Below are positions 36,764 through 38,679 of a stretch of 38,679 bases of DNA, one piece after another (the first letter of the stretch is position 1; the number at the start of each line of letters is the position of its first letter). Below the pieces are notes generated by a model. It worked only from the letters and a program-made list of their open reading frames with translations, made no database searches and was not told the origin of the DNA. A program made the position numbers and the translations under genes. The DNA comes from Chrysochromulina tobinii (Eukaryota), in assembly GCA_001275005.1 (NCBI GenBank), contig JWZX01003071.1, forward strand, positions 1 through 38,679. Reading direction: 5' to 3'.

Positions 36764-38679
36764 TCATGATTCCACATCACTGTGCTGCAGCAGCATCAAG
36801 CCCCGTGCTTCATACAGCCGCGCCTCCATGTACTCATACTCATCGTTGCACCAGCGGTAATCCTCTTGGAGAAGGCGCGTGCTCGACATCGCCCCAGCCA
36901 CCGCCCGGAGGCGCTTGTCAAAGCGAGAGTCTGCTACGAACGCGCTGGCGCGGAGGGCCTCATCGCGGCTGAAGCACGCCTTACCCTCGCTGTCCCAGTG
37001 GAACAGGGTCGATGCCCCCGATGTATCCGTCTCAGATGGTGTGACAGCTGCACCTCCTGGGAGCACGGCAAGTGGCAACGGGCGTACTCGCCCGGTGCCA
37101 GCGATGAGTTGATCGATCGCCGCTGCCACGCCACCACCATGGCCATCGACTGCGGGTGCCACGAGCAGGTCAAGCGCCTCCATGCCGACCGGCATGACCA
37201 GATCCGCACCGGCCATCTCTCCGCCCTCAACCGGCACTCTGTAGCGCGCCGACTCGACATCATCCCTTGTCTCTGTCGACAGGCCGCACCGGGTGAAGAT
37301 AGCACGCAGTTGCACAGGCGAGAGGTTGTTCACGACCACTTTCGAACCAGCGACGCGCTTCCGAGCGACGCGTCTCGAATCAGATTCGATGCGTATGTTG
37401 GCCGTGTCGATCCCCAGCGCCTCGAGCCAGCGACGCGCGCTCGCCTCGAACGCCGCGTCCGTCTCCCATTTTTCTGGTGTGCCATACCACGAGTAGTGGT
37501 GCGGGCGCTCAAGCACGACCCGCAGCCCCGCTTGCATGGTGTACTTGTAGTCCGAGCCGGCGGCTCCGTCCGCGGGCAGCGTCGCGGACGACCAGTGATT
37601 GCACTCGTCGCGCAGCTTGCGGAGCGGCGGCGTCGGCACGCTCAGCAATTCCATCTCATTCGAGGCATGAGGATCCTCAAAGCCGCCCCCATCTGCGAGG
37701 TGCGGGCTCCATGAGGCAAGCGAGCCTGTGCCTTCTGCGGCGGCCGCTCTCTCACGCGCGCCACGCAAGCCGGTGCGCCGCACAGCAAGGATATTGTCAT
37801 AAGAGCCGAGGGAGAGCCAAACGAGCTCGCCATCTTTGGACGGGTCGTCCGCATTCTTCGTCTTCTCGGCGTCGATGAGGCGCTCCACAGCCTTCTTCTT
37901 CATCAGTTCGGGGTGCACCCGGGTGATGCAGCCCTTCTTCACGGCCAGCTCTTGCCAGTCGCGAGGGCGAATCTTACAACCACTAAGGTCCACGAGAGCC
38001 GGAGGCTTACTCTTCTCTACAGGCTGAAGCTCGACGTCGTCGTGGCGCGACCCACATGTTTGCATGTCCGTATATGTACGCTCAGGGTAGCCATCCTCAT
38101 TGTAGATGGAGCCCCAAGACCAGCCAGAGCAGACGACGACTCGGAATGGCACAAAAGGGAGCCTGTGCTCCGACGCGTAGCTCACAAGGCTCGCCAGGCG
38201 CGCCTCGCTCTCGCACACGATCAGGTCGGGCAGCGTGGTTGGTCCGCGGCAGAGGGGTGACCCCTCTTGCCCGAACGCATAGTTGGCATCCAGACAGAGA
38301 CGCGCCGGCAGGCCGGCGAAGAAGTAGCGAATGAGGTCCAGACGAGCACGGAATGTCGAGAGGCCCACTGGGCGCCCAAGGAGGATGTCGTAGATGACGC
38401 CAAACTCATTGTACGTGCACGCATCGCACTCATAGCGCACGATGCCAGCAGCATCGCCCGCCCGGCCCACCGAGCCAGCCCAACGCTCCTCCAAGAGTGT
38501 TTTCAGCATGTTCCCGCCGCTAGCTCGAACGTCGGCAGCCGAAAGGACGTACGCTGGTCGGCTCGCCTCACGCATCAGATCCACGCTGCCAGCCGACGAT
38601 GCCTCGGGCTCTTCAGACGGGAAGACGACGTGCAGCAGCACCTCATCGGCGTGCCGTGGGCGCGGTCTTCCCCACAGGG
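36764..38679 (-). CDS. Hypothetical protein with possible N-terminal BTB/POZ-like domain; 5' end lies beyond the window
   Basis: Frame of ORF 36764..38641 stays open to the right edge; NMLKTLLEERW...ECDACTYNEFGVIYDILLG resembles KCTD-type BTB. Confidence 0.55.
   Translation of the reverse strand, partial: LWGRPRPRHADEVLLHVVFPSEEPEASSAGSVDLMREASRPAYVLSAADVRASGGNMLKTLLEERWAGSVGRAGDAAGIVRYECDACTYNEFGVIYDILLGRPVGLSTFRARLDLIRYFFAGLPARLCLDANYAFGQEGSPLCRGPTTLPDLIVCESEARLASLVSYASEHRLPFVPFRVVVCSGWSWGSIYNEDGYPERTYTDMQTCGSRHDDVELQPVEKSKPPALVDLSGCKIRPRDWQELAVKKGCITRVHPELMKKKAVERLIDAEKTKNADDPSKDGELVWLSLGSYDNILAVRRTGLRGARERAAAAEGTGSLASWSPHLADGGGFEDPHASNEMELLSVPTPPLRKLRDECNHWSSATLPADGAAGSDYKYTMQAGLRVVLERPHHYSWYGTPEKWETDAAFEASARRWLEALGIDTANIRIESDSRRVARKRVAGSKVVVNNLSPVQLRAIFTRCGLSTETRDDVESARYRVPVEGGEMAGADLVMPVGMEALDLLVAPAVDGHGGGVAAAIDQLIAGTGRVRPLPLAVLPGGAAVTPSETDTSGASTLFHWDSEGKACFSRDEALRASAFVADSRFDKRLRAVAGAMSSTRLLQEDYRWCNDEYEYMEARLYEARGLMLLQHSDVES

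Overview
A GC-rich, gene-dense eukaryotic window with few, short introns. It is probably a haptophyte alga; this is inferred from a GC-AG intron, a signal-plus-transit-peptide plastid protein, a selenoprotein and TGATTGC-rich introns. Recognisable genes are coatomer beta (COPB1), kinesin-13, a Tas-like aldo-keto reductase, a pectin-acetylesterase/Notum-family hydrolase, an At4g37920/PRDA1-like plastid protein, and selenoprotein M with an in-frame UGA and a 3'-UTR SECIS. The main highlight is an apparently intronless ~10.8 kb gene (5757-16540), broken by one frameshift near 10412. It reads as a ~3,590-aa NLR-Roco hybrid: SH3/Tudor-like barrels, a NACHT ATPase with a RelA/SpoT-like nucleotidyltransferase inserted in it, two LRR classes, a Roc-COR GTPase, a Zn ribbon and a C-terminal R-S-E-type ADP-ribosyltransferase. 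That is a candidate innate-immune sensor with two switches and two enzymatic effectors. Other points of interest are introns built from tandem copies of their own splice junctions, an SGNH-esterase/chromo-barrel fusion, and a receptor-like TM/EF-hand protein with a second apparent frameshift. All domain calls are by motif recognition only; no searches were run.
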